A stretch of DNA of 61,903 nucleotides, filler included. It is 8 parts of 8 records of this genome, joined end to end, with 100 filler letters (N's around TTAATTAATTAA, not from the genome) between each part and the next. Parts side by side here need not be neighbours in the genome. Positions count along the whole stretch, not along the records: positions 48,719 to 56,569 come from SRR31156797_39239; positions 56,670 to 61,903 come from SRR31156797_39251; 6 more parts are not named here. One strand, given 5' to 3'. The translations under genes were made by a program, and so were the position numbers. Each line of letters begins with the position of its first letter. Within the stretch, counting starts at the first letter, position 1. Under the pieces are notes generated by a model, which worked only from the letters and a program-made list of their open reading frames with translations, was not told the DNA's origin and did not search any database. Of this stretch, positions 48,719 to 59,011 are shown piece by piece.

Positions 48719-49360
48719 ATAAATGCCAGCTCCGAAAATAATCTGGTTTTTAAGGCTTACCAATTACTACAACAAGATTTTAATTTGCCGGCTATAAAAA
48801 TGCACCTTCATAAGCTAATTCCATTTGGAGCCGGATTAGGTGGTGGTTCGGCTGATGCTGCATTTACCATTAAAATGATAAATAGCTTTTTTCAGTTGGC
48901 ATTACCTGTTCAAAAGCAAGAGGAATATGCTGCAAAGATTGGAGCAGATTGTCCGTTCTTTATTCAGAATAAGCCAACTTTTGCCCATGGAATTGGTGAT
49001 CAGTTTGAATCGATCAAGCTCGATCTGTCGGCCTGTAAAATTGTAATTATAAAACCCAGTTGCTCGGTAAGTACGCCTGAAGCTTATCGGAATATTGTAC
49101 CTTCAAAACCAACATTTGATCTTCGGGAAATTGCAGAACTTCCCGTTGAAGAGTGGAAAAATGTGATTAAAAATGATTTTGAGAAAAGCGTGTTTCCACA
49201 ATACCCAATCATTGAATTGTTAAAGAATAAGTTGTATGATCAGGGAGCAATGTATGCTTCCATGTCGGGGAGTGGTTCGGCGGTGTTTGGCATTTTTCAG
49301 GAAAGCCCTCGTCATTTAATTAATGCTTTACCAAAAGAATCAACTCTTTTTTATGGTTGA
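48719..49360 (+). CDS. ispE: 4-diphosphocytidyl-2-C-methyl-D-erythritol kinase, 5'-truncated
   Basis: NLVFKA, KLIPFGAGLGGGSADAA, GADCPFF, NDFE, MSGSGSAVFG. Confidence 0.93.
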   Translation: MNASSENNLVFKAYQLLQQDFNLPAIKMHLHKLIPFGAGLGGGSADAAFTIKMINSFFQLALPVQKQEEYAAKIGADCPFFIQNKPTFAHGIGDQFESIKLDLSACKIVIIKPSCSVSTPEAYRNIVPSKPTFDLREIAELPVEEWKNVIKNDFEKSVFPQYPIIELLKNKLYDQGAMYASMSGSGSAVFGIFQESPRHLINALPKESTLFYG

Positions 49361-49417
49361 ATGTATTAATGGCGCATTAAAGCAACTTAGAAAGCAAATT
49401 CAAACAATAAGCAAACC

Positions 49418-51121
49418 ATGAGTATTCAAACCCAATGTGTGAGTGCAATTCGCTTACTATTAACTATTTCCTTAGTGTTGGTATTTCGATTCGGATTTTC
49501 TCAAAACCCGAATACAGTGGATTCTTTACAACGTTTGGGAGTTTCAAAAGTATGTTTCGATATTAGTTTGGCAAAGAATTGTGCCAGGCAAATTTCTTTA
49601 TTGCCAAACTTAAGCTATGTACAAAAGGCCAGATTAAACTATTTAAAATATAAAATTCATTTATTCGAAATCGAGCGAGGTACAATTGTTCAACCTTCAT
49701 TCGGTTTTAAAGGAAAGCAAGCCAATAAAAACATTCCCACTTGGCAAAGGGGTGTTGATCTGATTAATTCAGGGAAATCGGAAGAAGGGCTTTCATTGTT
49801 GTATCGTTTTTTAGAAAAGAACCGAACAGCTGTTGCAGATAGCTTAATTGATTTTGTAGAATTAAATATTGCCCATACGTACATCGAAAATATGGAATAT
49901 GAAAAGGCAATTAAGTTGTTAAAAGATATTATAGTCAGGCCAAGCATCACTCCTAACCATAAAGCCGATGCTTGTAGTTATTTGGAGAGAATTTATAGAA
50001 ATAACCAAAGTATCAGCTTCGAAGAACGATTCGACTCTACATTAAAGTATATAAACTTAGCTATAAATATTGCTGCCGGGACTAAGCAGTCGGTTCAGCT
50101 GGCTCTATATCAATACGACCTGGCAACCCTCTATCGGTTGGAAAACACTAATTTAGATAGTGCAAAATATTATGCCGACAAAGCTTTTCAAAGCTTTATT
50201 GCCAATAATAAATACGCTTATGCTTTTAATAACTCAATATTATTAAGTGATATTCTTATTCGACAGGGCAAATTAGAACAAGCTCTCGAACCACTACATC
50301 GTGTTCACGATTTAATGAGTATTGATGAAGAACCACAAGCTTTTATGCGATTGTATTTGCAAATGGCAAAATGTAACGAGTTGCTAAAAAAGTACAACGA
50401 TGCCTATGTATTTCTCTCTGTCGGTCGACATATTCAGGAAAAAAGTTACCGGGCAAATACTCGTAAGCAAATAAACGAAATGGCCGCCAAATACGAGTTG
50501 TCAATTAAAGAAGCTCTGCTTCAGGAACAGAAACATAAAATCTCGCATCAGAAAAGCCGATTAATAATTATTGGCTTGCTAGGTTCTACAATACTTTTAA
50601 CCTTTCTATTGGTACTACTTATTTTGCTCCGGCAAAGACAAAAACAAAGACAAATAATCGAACACCAGAAAAAATTAGGCAATATTAGAACAGAAGAAGA
50701 GCAAAAAAGGATTTCGTTTCTTAAGATGGTTCATGATGATAACAAAAAACTTCTTTTTAGATTGACTGAGAACCTGAAAGAAATTCTTATGGAAAAAGAT
50801 ATAAATAAGAAAAATGGAATGCTAAATGAGCAAATTCGTTTTTGTACAAAAAGCAAATCAATGGATGCTCAGTTGGAATTCTACGAACATATAGATACAA
50901 TTGATTCTGCATTTTACGGAAGAATCACAGAAAAATATCCTGCGCTAACTGTTACCGAGCAAAAAATATGTTCCCTGTTGAGGTATAATTTAACAAGTAA
51001 GGAGATCGCGGATAAACTAAACAAGCAACCCGAAACGATAAAATGGCATCGAAAAAAAATACGCAAAAAGTTAGACCTGTCATCCGAAATTGATTTAAAG
51101 GAATTTTGCAATAGAATTTGA
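49418..51121 (+). CDS. Membrane-anchored TPR + LuxR-HTH transcriptional regulator
   Basis: Signal peptide, TPR-like helices, one TM helix, C-terminal LTVTEQKICSLLRYNLTSKEIA..RKKIRKKL. Confidence 0.85.
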   Translation: MSIQTQCVSAIRLLLTISLVLVFRFGFSQNPNTVDSLQRLGVSKVCFDISLAKNCARQISLLPNLSYVQKARLNYLKYKIHLFEIERGTIVQPSFGFKGKQANKNIPTWQRGVDLINSGKSEEGLSLLYRFLEKNRTAVADSLIDFVELNIAHTYIENMEYEKAIKLLKDIIVRPSITPNHKADACSYLERIYRNNQSISFEERFDSTLKYINLAINIAAGTKQSVQLALYQYDLATLYRLENTNLDSAKYYADKAFQSFIANNKYAYAFNNSILLSDILIRQGKLEQALEPLHRVHDLMSIDEEPQAFMRLYLQMAKCNELLKKYNDAYVFLSVGRHIQEKSYRANTRKQINEMAAKYELSIKEALLQEQKHKISHQKSRLIIIGLLGSTILLTFLLVLLILLRQRQKQRQIIEHQKKLGNIRTEEEQKRISFLKMVHDDNKKLLFRLTENLKEILMEKDINKKNGMLNEQIRFCTKSKSMDAQLEFYEHIDTIDSAFYGRITEKYPALTVTEQKICSLLRYNLTSKEIADKLNKQPETIKWHRKKIRKKLDLSSEIDLKEFCNRI

Positions 51122-51282
51122 TAGAAATTTCCTTGGATATACCTCGTGAAATTGTTGGATGAGCTTTTCTGTTGAACTTAATATACAGTAATTTTAAAAA
51201 CCACCCTTGCACCACCCCTGGGAAAATATTAGAAATGTTGTATTTAATGTTATTTAGTACCGCAAACCAATACCCCAATTCG

Positions 51283-51771
51283 ATGTGGTACGCAAAGTCG
51301 AAAATGTTTATCATTATATTATTTGTCCTTTATCCCATGGGGATATGGGCACAGGAAGCAACAGTTGTTAGCGGAGGAGATTTTTTTGACAGTAGTGGCT
51401 CTGTTAACTTTACTATAGGGCAGGTAGTGTATAGTACTCAGGCAACCACAAATTGCATGTTGTCAGAAGGAGTTCAACAGCCTTATGAGATATCTGTATT
51501 TACTGATTTGAACGAAACAGAAATAAACCTTTCAGTTTCTGCTTTCCCAAATCCAACAAATGATTTCCTGACATTAAAAGTTGAAAAGTTTAAACAATTC
51601 TCAGATTTACATTATAACCTGTTCAGCCTAAAAGGAAAACTATTAGGAAGCAAAAACATTACCGGAAATGAAACATGTATTTGCATGAGCAGCTTTAAAC
51701 CTTCAATTTATTTTATCAAAATAGTTCGAAATAACGAGGTATTAAAAACTTTCAAGATTGTTAAATATTAA
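51283..51771 (+). CDS. Small T9SS type A sorting-domain protein
   Basis: SGG..GSVNFTIGQ..EGVQQPYEI then AFPNPT..YFIKI..KTFKIVK; start uncertain (frame open from 51172). Confidence 0.85.
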   Translation: MWYAKSKMFIIILFVLYPMGIWAQEATVVSGGDFFDSSGSVNFTIGQVVYSTQATTNCMLSEGVQQPYEISVFTDLNETEINLSVSAFPNPTNDFLTLKVEKFKQFSDLHYNLFSLKGKLLGSKNITGNETCICMSSFKPSIYFIKIVRNNEVLKTFKIVKY

Positions 51772-51776
51772 TCCCA

Positions 51777-54700
51777 ATGAAAAAATTTTACTCAACCCTA
51801 ATCGCAACACTTTTTGTGTTCACAGTTTTCGCACAGATTCCTGAGAAAATGACTTACCAGGCAGTTATTCGAGATGGAGCCAATGCTCTTGTACAGGCTC
51901 AAAGCGTTGGTGTGCAAATAAGTATTCTTAAAGGCTCGGTAAGTGGTACTGTAGTCTTTTCCGAAACACACACTACATCTACCAATGTAAATGGCCTTGT
52001 TTCTGTAGAAATTGGTGGAGGTACTGTGGTAAGTGGCGATTTTTCTACCATAGACTGGAGCACTGGTCCATATTATATAAAAACTGAAACTGATATTGAA
52101 GGTGGAACAAATTATACCATTACAGGGACAAGCCAGTTATTAAGTGTGCCTTATGCTTTGTATGCCAAAACTGCTGAAAACGTTACCGGAGGAATTGCTG
52201 AAACAGATCCGGTTTACAATAACAGTCAGGCTGCACTTTTAACAAATTCCGATATCGAGAATTTAAGTAAACTAAGTGGCACGAATACAGGAGACCAGGA
52301 TATTACCGGAATTGAAGAAAATACTCAGGCACTAAAAGATACTGCTGCTCAAATACGTGCCGATATTCCTGATGTTTCGGGATTATTAAGCGATGAGACC
52401 GATCCGGTATTCGGCTCAAGTCAGGCCGCAAAAATTAAGAGTTCTGATATCTCAAATCTTAAGAACTTGAGCGGAATAAATACAGGAGACCAGGATATAA
52501 GTGGGATTGAAATTAATGAAAAAGCAATACAAGATACAGCAGTTCAAATCCGCGCTGCTATTCCAGATGTTTCAGGTTTTTTAAGTTTAGAAACCGATCC
52601 GGTATTCTTGTTAAGTGAGGCCGCAAATATTGATAGTTCCGACATTTCAATCCTTGACAATTTAAGTGGTATTAATACAGGAGACCAGGATATAAGCGGG
52701 ATAGAAATAAATGAAAAAGCAATACAAGATACTGCAGCCCAAATCCGTGCAGATATTCCTGATGTAAGTGGCATAGTTACAAATGCACAAGCCATTATAG
52801 ATACTGCAACCAGAATTCGCGGTGAAATGCCTGATATAAGTGGTATTGCTATAAATACGGAGGCCATAATTGATACAGCTTTCAGAATACGGGCAGATAT
52901 TCCTGATGTTAGCGATTTTCTGACCTACGAGACCGATTCCGTTTTTATGGAAAGCCCGGCAGCCTATATCGATAGTATGGATGTTGAGAATATTAAGCAA
53001 TTGAGTGGAAAAAATACAGGTGACCAGGATTTAAGCGGGATTACAGCAAATACTATGGCAATACAGGATACTGCTCTTCAAATTCGAGCCGAAATATACG
53101 AAGTTAATAAACTTGCAAGTAAATTCACTGAAAGTCCGGCATCGGAAATTACAAAGACCGATCTATTTCGTTTGGATAATCTGAGTGGCACAAATACAGG
53201 CGATCAGGATATTAGAGGGATAGCTATTAACAAAAAAGCAATACAAGATACTGCAGCTCAAATTCGTTCCGATATACCTGACGTTAGCGGAATAGCAATA
53301 AATGCCAAAGCAATAAAAGATACCGCTGCTTCACTTCGGGCCCAGATTCCTGATGTAAGTGCTATTGCAAAAAATACAAAGACAATACAAGATTTAACTG
53401 CAAAAATCAGTAGTAATACTGCAGATATAAGCGGAATTGAAAGAAATAAACAGGCAATACAAGATACTGCAGCCCAAATTCGTTCGGATATTCCCGATGT
53501 AAGTGATTTGTTAAATAGTGCAGCGGCAAATATTACAGCAGAGCACATTGTTAAATTAAACAATTTATCTGGTGTTAACACTGGTGATCAGGATTTAAGT
53601 GCATTGGCAGAAAAAACCACCCTTATTGATTCAATTATGCAGCTTCGAAACGAAATGAAGGAATTAGCACTTGCATTAGTTGGTAATGGCAACGCAAATG
53701 TAAACCTGGAAGATCTGCTAAAAGGTTTATTAGAGAGTGAAAGTGATCCTGTTTTTAGGGCTAGCGAGGCTAACAAAATTACATCTGCCAATATTACCAA
53801 TTTAAATAATTTGAGCGGTAGTAATACAGGCGATCAGGATATTAGCGGAATTTTAGTTAATGCCCAGTCTATAAAAGATACAGCCTTGCAAATTCGCGCC
53901 GATATTCCCGATGTAAGTACCTTTATTAGCAAAGAGAGCGATCCCGAATATGTTGCTTCTGTTGCGGCAAGTATTACTAAAGCCGATACTGCAAACTGGA
54001 ACAACAAATTGGATCGTAATAGTGAAACCGACCCTGTATTTTCGAGTTGGGATAAATCGAGTGGTATTACAATTAGTAAAAGTCAAATCAGCGACCTGGG
54101 ATCTTCTTCTTCCGTATCGGGAGAAGGAATATTTAATAGTTTGGAGGTAAAAGGTGAAGGAGAGCTAAAAGGAAAGCATGTGGCCTCATTTGAAAACGAA
54201 AATGGTGGTGATGGGGATGGAATTATAATTAAACTGGGCAAAAAGAAATTAGAACCGATATTCACAGACGAAGTTATCAGTAACCTGATTCCAGTGTCGG
54301 ACGAAATGACAACCCGGTTGAAAAAGATATTTGAAGGTGGTTTTGAAATGGAAGATGCAGCATACATAATGACGGAAGGTGCTGAAAAGAAGTTGAAAAT
54401 GATGGGAGGGGCTGCTGTAACCATGGGAAACCTAATTGTTAATTCTATTAACGAAAAGTTAGACTTGCCAAATAATATTGTTCCGAAAACAAAAATTTTT
54501 AATAAGCGTGTTTTTGATCCTTCTTTTACATTTAGTTATAAATTTTATCAAGTGATACCTGATTTGCATTTTGGATTTAATATAAAAAAGTGTGTTGATG
54601 TTGGCCCTTATGATGCATGCCTGAGGTATAAAAAGAATTGGGATATTGTTCTTCCGAATATCAATAGAACTTTAAAGAAAGACTTTACACTTCCCAGTTT

Positions 54701-55619
54701 AACCATACCCAGCATATATATAGGCCCCTATACAATTCCTAAAATTTCGGAAATAGATTTAAGCGATTATGGTATTGATGCACTTACTTTAAACGACATA
54801 CCGATATGGGGGCTGGTGGAACAAATAAAAAATGCAGAAAACCAAACAGGAATACTTGATAAACATAACGAGTTTATAACTTTTACCGATGTTAACGATT
54901 CGAAACTTGGTGCCGTGCGGGCAGAATCATTTGATGATTGGAAAGATAAGTATCTTCTGAATCCGTTGTACTTATATGGTTTGCTTTCTAGTTTTCGTTC
55001 GGTTGACGGTTTCTATCACTTTAGCGAGAAAATAAAGATTGCAGTAGAAAATTTATCTAATATTGGGGTTGAATACAGCTCTGGCAATGGCGATTATGCT
55101 GAGTGGCTTGAGCGTATAAATCCGAACGAAGTAATTGTAGGTGGTGATATTGTTGCAGTTATTGGAGGAAGGATCACAAAAAACCTTGAAGGAGCCGAAC
55201 AAGTTATGGCAGTTTCGCACAATCCTATTGTATTGGGTAACATTCCAACGGAAGGGAAAAGTCACTTAGGCAATAATATCGCATTTATGGGGCAAATTCC
55301 GGTTAAGGTTATTGGTGTTGTTAAAACCGGCGATTATATTGTTGGAAACGGAAAAATCCCCGGTTATGGAGAAGCGATCGATCCAACAGAAATGAGAATG
55401 GAGGACTTTAAATATGTAGTTGGTCGTTCGTGGGAAGATAATCCTGTAGATGGGCCTAAAATGGTAAATACAGTTGTGGGCATACATAATGGTGATTACT
55501 TAAACGTGTTGAAACGTTACGAACAGCGTATTAAGAAATCAGAAGAACGTATCGAATCAGTTGAGGCAAAGGTTGATCGTTTAACCAATGTTCTACTGAA
55601 GAACCATGAATTAAATTAG
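51777..55619 (+). CDS. 1280-aa secreted repetitive fibre protein with peptidase-G2-like intramolecular chaperone C-terminus
   Basis: Signal peptide; QIPEKMTYQAVIRD..LLSVPYALYA N-domain; NTGDQD/ETDP repeats; SGNGDYAEW..GDIV..GQIPVKV..GDYIV; terminal coiled coil. Confidence 0.75.
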   Translation: MKKFYSTLIATLFVFTVFAQIPEKMTYQAVIRDGANALVQAQSVGVQISILKGSVSGTVVFSETHTTSTNVNGLVSVEIGGGTVVSGDFSTIDWSTGPYYIKTETDIEGGTNYTITGTSQLLSVPYALYAKTAENVTGGIAETDPVYNNSQAALLTNSDIENLSKLSGTNTGDQDITGIEENTQALKDTAAQIRADIPDVSGLLSDETDPVFGSSQAAKIKSSDISNLKNLSGINTGDQDISGIEINEKAIQDTAVQIRAAIPDVSGFLSLETDPVFLLSEAANIDSSDISILDNLSGINTGDQDISGIEINEKAIQDTAAQIRADIPDVSGIVTNAQAIIDTATRIRGEMPDISGIAINTEAIIDTAFRIRADIPDVSDFLTYETDSVFMESPAAYIDSMDVENIKQLSGKNTGDQDLSGITANTMAIQDTALQIRAEIYEVNKLASKFTESPASEITKTDLFRLDNLSGTNTGDQDIRGIAINKKAIQDTAAQIRSDIPDVSGIAINAKAIKDTAASLRAQIPDVSAIAKNTKTIQDLTAKISSNTADISGIERNKQAIQDTAAQIRSDIPDVSDLLNSAAANITAEHIVKLNNLSGVNTGDQDLSALAEKTTLIDSIMQLRNEMKELALALVGNGNANVNLEDLLKGLLESESDPVFRASEANKITSANITNLNNLSGSNTGDQDISGILVNAQSIKDTALQIRADIPDVSTFISKESDPEYVASVAASITKADTANWNNKLDRNSETDPVFSSWDKSSGITISKSQISDLGSSSSVSGEGIFNSLEVKGEGELKGKHVASFENENGGDGDGIIIKLGKKKLEPIFTDEVISNLIPVSDEMTTRLKKIFEGGFEMEDAAYIMTEGAEKKLKMMGGAAVTMGNLIVNSINEKLDLPNNIVPKTKIFNKRVFDPSFTFSYKFYQVIPDLHFGFNIKKCVDVGPYDACLRYKKNWDIVLPNINRTLKKDFTLPSLTIPSIYIGPYTIPKISEIDLSDYGIDALTLNDIPIWGLVEQIKNAENQTGILDKHNEFITFTDVNDSKLGAVRAESFDDWKDKYLLNPLYLYGLLSSFRSVDGFYHFSEKIKIAVENLSNIGVEYSSGNGDYAEWLERINPNEVIVGGDIVAVIGGRITKNLEGAEQVMAVSHNPIVLGNIPTEGKSHLGNNIAFMGQIPVKVIGVVKTGDYIVGNGKIPGYGEAIDPTEMRMEDFKYVVGRSWEDNPVDGPKMVNTVVGIHNGDYLNVLKRYEQRIKKSEERIESVEAKVDRLTNVLLKNHELN
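52197..54045 (+). repeat. Coding tandem repeats (65-aa unit with shorter sub-repeats)
   Basis: Seven LSGxNTGDQD motifs; the first three are exactly 195 nt apart (52284, 52479, 52674); DTAxQIRxDIPDVS recurs about ten times. Confidence 0.9.
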
Positions 55620-56182
55620 TGCATCTTATAATGATGAAATTTTATTTTATAACATTCATCTTGCTTTTGGGGACTTCTTCAAATCTGAAGAGTCAAAATA
55701 GTACCACAGACACCGACTATGAATGGTTAAGCTGTTTAGGACAGAAGGGGCTCGATGCCATAAATGATTCGCTACAAGTAAATGAAGAGTTTATTGAGGT
55801 GTTAAACGACTCAGCTTTACGAAAAATGTTGTTCCCCGGCGAATATACCTGGAGCATGTTTACTCAGCTTGTAAACAAGAAACAGCTAAAGCCGGCATTT
55901 TGGTATCTTATAAACTTGTATCCTCAAAATGAAAAGAATAAAAGTCTGGTGTTGTACGCCGTAATACAGTACGATAAGATTTTTAAAATGGATGAGGTTA
56001 TGCTGAATACCTTTTATACATATTCGTTTATGGATGTTGAAACTAGTGAAATAAAGAATGGGATCCCGGAGATAGTACGGCCTGATATTATGGAAGAAAA
56101 ACTAAGGGTTGTAAAAGAAATAATCTCCGGTATTCATTTAGCTCGAAATATTCAGAAAACTGATACAGAGGAGATAAAATAA
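55619..56182 (+). CDS. Secreted hypothetical protein coupled to the fibre gene
   Basis: 187 aa with a signal-peptide-like start; abuts the fibre stop codon. Confidence 0.7.
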   Translation: MHLIMMKFYFITFILLLGTSSNLKSQNSTTDTDYEWLSCLGQKGLDAINDSLQVNEEFIEVLNDSALRKMLFPGEYTWSMFTQLVNKKQLKPAFWYLINLYPQNEKNKSLVLYAVIQYDKIFKMDEVMLNTFYTYSFMDVETSEIKNGIPEIVRPDIMEEKLRVVKEIISGIHLARNIQKTDTEEIK

Positions 56183-56669
56183 ACGGCATATCCAATGCGG
56201 CCTTTTATAAGCAAGTTGGTATAAACTTGTTTGTTGGTCTTGTTTCATACGACATTATTTTACGAAGTGTATTTACAAATCCCGAGGTTTTAGCTGTTTT
56301 GTAGCTGGCCCCCTTTTTTATTCCTAAAGACTGGTTCAGGATAATGCCCAATTGTAGTTAGCATCGACCTTTTATAGAATCGTTATCCATTGAGCTTTTG
56401 TTTAGGTAAAAAAGAATGCCTGTTTCCGTTGATATTATAATTTCTTTGTTTTCGCCATTTACCGGTAGATTTAGATAATAAGCTACCCAAAGGTGTTTTT
56501 ATTTACCGATAGGCGCGGTTGTTTACCGACCTTAAGAACTCATTAACATTTTTTTTATTCTTTTTAACANNNNNNNNNNNNNNNNNNNNNNNNNNNNNNN
56601 NNNNNNNNNNNNNTTAATTAATTAANNNNNNNNNNNNNNNNNNNNNNNNNNNNNNNNNNNNNNNNNNNN

Positions 56670-57102
56670 GCATATTGTGCAGACGGTCGGCCAGCTTAAC
56701 CATGAGCACGCGGATGTCCTCAGCCATAGCCAGAATCATCTTACGGATGTTCTCTGCCTTGGCGATGGCCTTGGATTCAAAATCCATCATGCTGATCTTG
56801 GTCACACCATCAACAATATCCGCGACTTCTTCACCGAAAAGATCTGCAATCTCATCAATAGTAGTATCGGTATCTTCGACGGTATCATGTAACAGCCCCG
56901 CAGCCACAGTAGGCTCATCAAGGCGCATATCAGCCAGAATCTTGGCAACGTGCAACGGATGGGCAAGATAAGGCTCGCCGGAGAGACGCACCTGCCCTTC
57001 GTGGGCCCGAGCGGAAAAGACATAGGCCCGCTGGATCAGGTCCAGATCAGGATCATCAATATAAGAACTGACAACGTCAGTGATTTCGTTAATGCGTATC
57101 AT
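56670..57102 (-). CDS. relA: Bifunctional (p)ppGpp synthetase/hydrolase, N-terminal fragment
   Basis: AHEGQVRLSGEPYLAHP, LLHDTVEDT, VKLADRLHNM. Confidence 0.93.
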
Positions 57103-57104
57103 AA

Positions 57105-58769
57105 TTACTGTTGTAAACTCGGTTTCTTCTGTAACGGTGCGGGAATCCACCACTCATTGGCATTATAATCCAGCCCTGCGGGTTCCACTTTCAACCCCTT
57201 GATTCTGCTGCTAAAAATAGGCAGAGCCATGGGAACATAAAGAAAGCAGTACGGCTGCTCTTCATGCATTATTTCCTGAATGCGGTCATAAATGACCTTA
57301 CGCTCGGACTGATCAAGTGTGGACCGTCCCCGGTCCAACAATTCATCGAGTTCACTGTTTTTGTATTTGATAAAATTCAGTCCGCCGGCAACGGCTTTGG
57401 ATGAATGCCATACAGTATAACTATCAGGATCTTGCAAGATATTCCAACTGAGTATTGTTGCATCAAAACGGCCTTTAAATATAAATTCTTTAAGGAAGGC
57501 CGCCCATTCCACAGTCCTGATTTTGACTTCGATTCCGATCCCCTTCAACCGATTCTGAATAATTGTTGCGGCCTTAATACGCAAGGAATTTCCCTGATTT
57601 GTTATAATAGTAAATGAAAAAGGATTACCATCACGATCGAGAAGGCCATCACCATCCGTATCAGCCCATCCTGCCTCCTTAAGCAGCTCTTTGGCCTTTT
57701 CAGGATTGTACCCATAAGGTTTGAGTTTATCGTTAAAGACCCATGTACCCGGCTTATATGGCCCCATTGCCGGATACCCCAGACCTAACAAAACGCCTTT
57801 AACTATCTCTTCTTTATCAAGCGCATAATTTATCGCCTTGCGCACACGCACATCTTTAAAAAAAAGACTCTCCATATTAAAAGCCAGATAAGTATAAGAA
57901 AAAGCCAGATATTTGTATTTCCGAAAATTACGCTCCCAACTATCGCCTTTAGTTTGAAACAGATACTGCTGCGGAGTCAAACTCATATCGTCCAGACTAC
58001 CGCTTTTAAGCTCCATAAACTGGGTGGAAAGGTCGGGAATGATCCGGTAAACTATTTCATCAATATAAGGACGGCCTTCGAAATAATCATCATTAGCCTC
58101 AAGAACAACCCTGCGTCCGGGAATCCATTCCTTGAGTTTGTAAGGTCCGGACCCAACAGGATTGCGTCTGTATTTTGTGGTATTCAGATCTTCATTCTCA
58201 AGTATATGTTTGGGCAAAATGGAAAGAGCCCAAGTAATTAACGAACGGGCGAAAACCTTATCGTAACGGACCTCGAAAGTATATTTATCAATCAACTTGA
58301 ATTCTTTGACATTCAAGAAATCCCCCGCATAAGCGGTCGGTGTCTTGGGATCAATCATCATCTTATAGGTAAACTCAACATCCTCAGCAGTGAGGGGCAC
58401 TCCGTCAGTCCAGCGAATATCTTTGCGAAGTTTAAATCTGAACAGCTTACCACCATCCAGAACTTCGTATGACTCTGCTGCCTCTGGTACCAACTCGATA
58501 TTCTTATTGTACTTTAAAGGTGAGACATAGAGCTTTGCCTGAACAGCGGAACTTGCCGAATCGGATGAGAGCAGAGGAATAAGACACATGGGTTCGGCCA
58601 ATGTCGGTTCTCTAAACCTTCCGCCATAGACTGGATTTGAATCATCAATATTTTCAGCAGCAGAGACAGAAACAGCCTGCTTCTGTGCTTCATCATTTCC
58701 ATCCTGCCCGCAGGCCGGGATAAGAGCCAAACTAACCATGATCACCATGGCAAAAATCAATCTGTTCAT
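57105..58769 (-). CDS. Peptide ABC transporter substrate-binding lipoprotein (family 5)
   Basis: Lipobox-like IPAC, WTDGVPLTAEDVEFT, PVGSGPYK, DVRVRKAINYA. Confidence 0.9.
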   Translation of the reverse strand: MNRLIFAMVIMVSLALIPACGQDGNDEAQKQAVSVSAAENIDDSNPVYGGRFREPTLAEPMCLIPLLSSDSASSAVQAKLYVSPLKYNKNIELVPEAAESYEVLDGGKLFRFKLRKDIRWTDGVPLTAEDVEFTYKMMIDPKTPTAYAGDFLNVKEFKLIDKYTFEVRYDKVFARSLITWALSILPKHILENEDLNTTKYRRNPVGSGPYKLKEWIPGRRVVLEANDDYFEGRPYIDEIVYRIIPDLSTQFMELKSGSLDDMSLTPQQYLFQTKGDSWERNFRKYKYLAFSYTYLAFNMESLFFKDVRVRKAINYALDKEEIVKGVLLGLGYPAMGPYKPGTWVFNDKLKPYGYNPEKAKELLKEAGWADTDGDGLLDRDGNPFSFTIITNQGNSLRIKAATIIQNRLKGIGIEVKIRTVEWAAFLKEFIFKGRFDATILSWNILQDPDSYTVWHSSKAVAGGLNFIKYKNSELDELLDRGRSTLDQSERKVIYDRIQEIMHEEQPYCFLYVPMALPIFSSRIKGLKVEPAGLDYNANEWWIPAPLQKKPSLQQ

Positions 58770-59011
58770 GTTAACCTTATTTTTTAGAATAAAAATCTTC
58801 CATTAAGCCAACTACATTGATAATATATTCAGTATGGACTATTGTGGGATAAAAGCCAAGTAATGGACCGTTATAGATTGACCTGAACCGCTTTTTACTT
58901 TACGGATTCAGCGAAAGCGAACTTAATGCAATTATTTTGTATAACATGACATTTATTTCATATAAGATATAATTAACTAAGGAAAGTTACAGTTCTGGGG
59001 AAAACGTAATC

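Noticed and set aside
52197-54045. Regularly spaced nucleotide repeats as a CRISPR array
   Set aside because: In-frame coding repeats with a 195-nt period, similar intervening sequence and no cas genes.
56183-56569. Possible gene or RNA at the end of the Bacteroidota contig
   Set aside because: No convincing ORF, tRNA fold or repeat found by eye.
6756-56669. Seven identical TTAATTAATTAA motifs in N runs, and apparent gene neighbourhoods across them
   Set aside because: Artificial concatenation linkers; adjacency across them has no biological meaning, and ORFs ending in X..LIN are artefacts.
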